Part shown: positions 60,684-64,000 of the stretch, one piece after another
Position numbering within the stretch: the stretch's first letter is position 1
Layout of the letters: each line of letters begins with the position of its first letter
Origin: Candidatus Latescibacterota bacterium
Lineage (GTDB): Bacteria > Krumholzibacteriota > Krumholzibacteriia > WVZY01
Length of the DNA stretch: 64,000 bases
Direction of reading: 5' to 3'
Assembly (NCBI GenBank): GCA_963791045.1
Contig: CAWBQK010000002.1
Location: 64,001-128,000, forward strand
Translations under genes and position numbers: made by a program
Notes under the pieces: generated by a model
Database searches by the model: none
What the model was told of the DNA's origin: nothing
The model's input: the letters and a program-made list of their open reading frames with translations, nothing else

Positions 60684-61968
60684 ACGCAACACGTTTCTCG
60701 CAAGAACGCTTATGATCGCGGTGGTTGTTTTTGTCGCCGCGTCCTCGCTCACACCGGATGCGGCCGTGGCGAATTCGCTCCTCGTCCCCATGGACTTGAC
60801 GCAATCGAATCACCTCAAGGCGTACGGACTTGCGTTTCACGCGCTCCAGCAGGGGCACATCGTCCACTGGATCCTCAATTACAGAGGGGGAAGTTTTATT
60901 ATGCCGGTGAGCCGCGAGCTGGTGCTCGAGGCAAGGCTCAAGGGCGTGTCTTTCAGTGAGATAAGCGGGGCGGACGTATCGCTTATTTATGCCCAGGTGG
61001 AAAAGAACAATATGGAGACGGTGGTGTTGGAGAAGGCGCCCCGGATCGCCGTTTACACCCCGCCGAACAAGCAGCCGTGGGACGACGCGGTGACGCTGGC
61101 GCTCACCTATGCCGACATTCCGTTCGAAAAGGTGTTCGATGAAGAGGTGCTTACCGGAGCGCTCGCGAATTACGACTGGCTCCACCTTCACCATGAAGAT
61201 TTTACCGGGCAGTACGGCAAGTTCTACGGGGCGTATCGTTATGCGGAATGGTACCGGACGCAGCAAATTCAGTATGAAGCGCTCGCCAAAAAAATGGGAT
61301 TCACCAAAGTGTCCGATGCCAAGCGGGCCGTCGCCGAGCGCATACGCGAGTACACGCTCAACGGTGGGTTCCTGTTCGCGATGTGTTCCGCTTGCGACAC
61401 AATCGATATCGCTCTTTCCGGGCACAATATCGACATCGTTCCGCAGGAATTCGATCACGACGGAATGACGCCGGGTTTTCAGGGCAAGCTCGACTACGAA
61501 AGATGTTTCGCGTTTACAGGTTTTCGAATCATATCGAACCCGCTTGTCTATGAGTTCTCGAATATCGACACGAGCGACTATGCAAAGGCTCGCGGGGCCG
61601 ATGTTGACTACTTCGGGCTCTTCGAGTTCTCCGCCAAATATGATCCCGTCGCGACGATGCTCACGCAAAACCACGTCAATGTTGTAAAAGGATTTCTCGG
61701 CCAGACAACGGGCTTCAAAAAAACACTCACCAAAAAGAGCGTCGTTATTCTTGGCGAGGACCCCGCTCACACCGAAGTGAAGTACCTCCACGGAAATCTT
61801 GGAAGGGGAACGTTTACGTTTCTTGGGGGACACGACCCCGAGGACTACCAGCATGCCGTCGGTGACACGCCGACCGATCTCGCGCTTCACGTCAACTCGC
61901 CGGGCTACCGCTTGATCCTCAACAACGTTCTGTTTCCTGCCGCGAAGAAAAAGAAACTCAAGACCTAG
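60670..61968 (+). CDS. Conserved secreted protein of unknown function (family often labelled asparagine synthetase B)
   Basis: Signal peptide; LVPMD..QSNHLKAYG, QPWDDAVTL, DWLHLHHEDFTGQYGKF, GGFLFAMCSA.D, GGHDPEDYQH, NSPGYRLILNNVLFPAA. Confidence 0.8.
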   Translation: MTLHKRNTFLARTLMIAVVVFVAASSLTPDAAVANSLLVPMDLTQSNHLKAYGLAFHALQQGHIVHWILNYRGGSFIMPVSRELVLEARLKGVSFSEISGADVSLIYAQVEKNNMETVVLEKAPRIAVYTPPNKQPWDDAVTLALTYADIPFEKVFDEEVLTGALANYDWLHLHHEDFTGQYGKFYGAYRYAEWYRTQQIQYEALAKKMGFTKVSDAKRAVAERIREYTLNGGFLFAMCSACDTIDIALSGHNIDIVPQEFDHDGMTPGFQGKLDYERCFAFTGFRIISNPLVYEFSNIDTSDYAKARGADVDYFGLFEFSAKYDPVATMLTQNHVNVVKGFLGQTTGFKKTLTKKSVVILGEDPAHTEVKYLHGNLGRGTFTFLGGHDPEDYQHAVGDTPTDLALHVNSPGYRLILNNVLFPAAKKKKLKT

Positions 61969-62046
61969 TTTCGGTTTTCTTATTAAGAGTCCATTCACAA
62001 CTTGCTATGTGCTAGCGTGTTATAAGCTCGGGCCGGCACAAACCGC

Positions 62047-62075
62047 TTGACACTAACACCCATTTCGAGAATAAT
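62047..62075 (+). promoter_or_regulatory. Sigma-70 promoter
   Basis: TTGACA-N17-AATAAT. Confidence 0.6.
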
Positions 62076-62231
62076 AAGCTGGATCCATCGTTTCTGTTGT
62101 GGCGGTGAGGACACCGATCTAGACGGGGCGATGGGCGGTGTGGTGAAATAGTAGATGATGGAACAATGGAATCACGTTTGTGATGCGGATGGAGGTGAAG
62201 AGTCCGAATTCAACCGAGTTCGGAGCTTAGT

Positions 62232-62423
62232 ATGGAGAAAGCTTTTACAGAGTGTTTGAAATGTCGAAACGGTGTTTTGCTGCCATTGTCGGATTATGGT
62301 CGCGACGGCGCTCCGATTCAATATAAGGCGTGGGTTTGCAACAACCCAGAGTGCGGTTTTAACATCAGAATCGACAACGGTGAAATCAGTGTGGGGAGAG
62401 ATATCAGCACTTCAGTGAAATAA
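62232..62423 (+). CDS. Small zinc-ribbon protein
   Basis: CLKC and CNNPEC pairs in 63 aa; GGAG before the ATG; own promoter. Confidence 0.75.
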   Translation: MEKAFTECLKCRNGVLLPLSDYGRDGAPIQYKAWVCNNPECGFNIRIDNGEISVGRDISTSVK

Positions 62424-62425
62424 CA

Positions 62426-63280
62426 TCATCTCGCATCTGAATCGTCCGGCGGGAACCAGGGAGTCTTCGTTTTTACGGGGTCTCCCTTTTTTATTTGGTA
62501 TAGAAGGTACGCGAGCGCGATGAGCGCGGGAACGAGGGTCCAGATGCTGCGAACGTAAAATGGCGTCTGGGTAGAAGCGTCGATTGGGGTCGCTATGAGC
62601 TGGACGAATGCGACCGAATTCAACAGGCAATGCGCGAGAATTGGGTAGAACAGATTGGACGTGGTGTAAAACAAAAACCCCAGGTAAATCCCAAATGCGA
62701 CCATACTGAGAAGCAGCTGCGGCGTGAGATGAATTACTCCAAAGAACGCGCCGGCGAGAAACAGAGCGACAATGCCCCCCATGTTTTTTTCGAAAACCCT
62801 CTGGATGATTCCACGGAAAATTATCTCTTCGCCCAGGGGAACAATGACGCACAGGCCGAAGAATGTGACAAAGATGGCCAGGGGGTCGGTGGGTTTGAGT
62901 TCCTTCAGCCCTTCGACATAGTCGACGGGCGGAAGCATGAACTTCTGGGAGAGCACATATATATAGTCGACGATCACGACGGCGAAAAACGTCGCGATCA
63001 AAACGTACAATCCAGTACGTACCGTCGGCCGGTGAAGCTGCAGTTGTCCTCGGAACCCGCCCTTAAAGCGCCGAACGAGCAGATAGACGGGGGCGATGAT
63101 CCCGATAATGGGCGCAACGGCGATCCCGATCTGTAGCTGTCCGCCGATCATGAACAGCTGTTGGATGAACACGCTCCCCAGGATACACGTTAGACTGAAG
63201 AGCAACAGAAAGTAGTTGTTCAGCGTGGAGAATATATCGAGCTCTTCGAAATCCAGGTTGCTTTCGTTATTTTCATCCAT
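62426..63280 (-). CDS. CPBP family intramembrane glutamic endopeptidase (CAAX/Abi)
   Basis: EEIIFRG, FFGVIH and ILAHCLLN motifs; multiple TMs; ATG 63280 preferred. Confidence 0.9.
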   Translation of the reverse strand: MDENNESNLDFEELDIFSTLNNYFLLLFSLTCILGSVFIQQLFMIGGQLQIGIAVAPIIGIIAPVYLLVRRFKGGFRGQLQLHRPTVRTGLYVLIATFFAVVIVDYIYVLSQKFMLPPVDYVEGLKELKPTDPLAIFVTFFGLCVIVPLGEEIIFRGIIQRVFEKNMGGIVALFLAGAFFGVIHLTPQLLLSMVAFGIYLGFLFYTTSNLFYPILAHCLLNSVAFVQLIATPIDASTQTPFYVRSIWTLVPALIALAYLLYQIKKGDPVKTKTPWFPPDDSDAR

Positions 63281-63405
63281 TACGCTTACCCGAACGCTGT
63301 CGGCCCAACCCTTCGTTTGATATCGTGAATCGCCACCCTGATCCCCGCTTGTGGTCGTACGGTATTGTAGTGCAAAAACGGCAAACATCCAACAGTTAGT
63401 AGACC

Positions 63406-64000
63406 ATGATAAAATTAGTCATATTCGATCTCGATAATACCCTGACGGATTTTATGAGGATGAAGGAGCGCGCGGTTGACGCGGCCGTGGATGCGATGAT
63501 CGACGGCGGGCTTCGACTGCCCGCCGCGGAGATCAAAGAAAAAATCTACGAGGTATACGACAAAGAGGGAATCGAGTTTCAGAGTGTCTTTGACGTGGTT
63601 CTCAAGGATCTGCTCGGCGAAGTGAACCACAAGATACTCGCAGCCGGAATCGTGGCGTACCGCCGCGCGCGCGAAGCGTCGCTCGTGTTGTATCCGCACG
63701 TCAGTGTCGCTCTTTTTGAAATCATGAAGCGGGGCATTCGCCTGGCCGTCGTGTCGGATGCTCCTCGCAAAGAAGCATGGCTGCGGTTGTGTTATCTCCA
63801 GCTGCAGCACATGTTCGACAAGGTTCTCACTTTTGACGACACCGGCGAGAGAAAACCGAGCCCGAAGCCGTTCAAGCGCGTGATGAAGCATTTCGAAGTT
63901 GAGCCGCACGAAACGATTATGGTGGGGGACTGGCCGGAACGCGACATTACCGGCGCCGCGCAGGTCGGAATCACCACGGTATTCGCCCGTTACGGCGATA
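63406..64000 (+). CDS. HAD-superfamily hydrolase, truncated by the window end
   Basis: Not in the ORF track; MIKLVIFDLDNTLTDF (motif I), VVSDA, RKPSP.PF, MVGDWPERDITGA. Confidence 0.92.
   Translation, partial: MIKLVIFDLDNTLTDFMRMKERAVDAAVDAMIDGGLRLPAAEIKEKIYEVYDKEGIEFQSVFDVVLKDLLGEVNHKILAAGIVAYRRAREASLVLYPHVSVALFEIMKRGIRLAVVSDAPRKEAWLRLCYLQLQHMFDKVLTFDDTGERKPSPKPFKRVMKHFEVEPHETIMVGDWPERDITGAAQVGITTVFARYGD

Noticed and set aside
1138-61998. Long antisense ORFs such as 1138-2244, 14391-15488, 17730-18974, 20483-21862, 23766-24956 and 60592-61998
   Set aside because: They lie opposite well-supported genes and are expected from codon bias in GC-rich DNA; no recognisable motifs

Overview
A 64 kb bacterial chromosome segment near the replication origin, almost entirely + strand housekeeping genes. 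Gene content suggests a diderm FCB-group lineage such as Latescibacterota/Krumholzibacteriota (inference only). Order: yidD(3' end)-yidC-jag-mnmE-mnmG-rsmG, a perfect parS, a lipoprotein, parA-parB-M23-bactofilin, a DnaA-box cluster (oriC candidate), MoxR-DUF58-BatA/vWA, mfd, three parvulin PPIases, S4 protein, pdxA, ftsE-ftsX-envC, holB, metG, tatD, rsmA, an outer-membrane barrel plus two related lipoproteins, pdxJ, secD-secF, a giant NtrY-like kinase, an HNH nuclease, cstA, a nitroreductase, DUF4159/DUF4175/TPR genes and a partial HAD hydrolase. The main finding is absent from the ORF track: a 74-aa glutaredoxin-like selenoprotein on the minus strand (12024-12248) with two in-frame UGA codons, each followed by a SECIS-like hairpin. 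Also found: a structured ~110-130 bp dispersed repeat in three intergenic copies, an inverted-repeat element before metG, and a consensus sigma-54 promoter. Many genes, including essential ones (metG, holB), carry single-base frameshifts, most likely sequencing/assembly indels. No rRNA, tRNA, CRISPR array or transposase was recognised. All family assignments come from motif recognition, not database searches.
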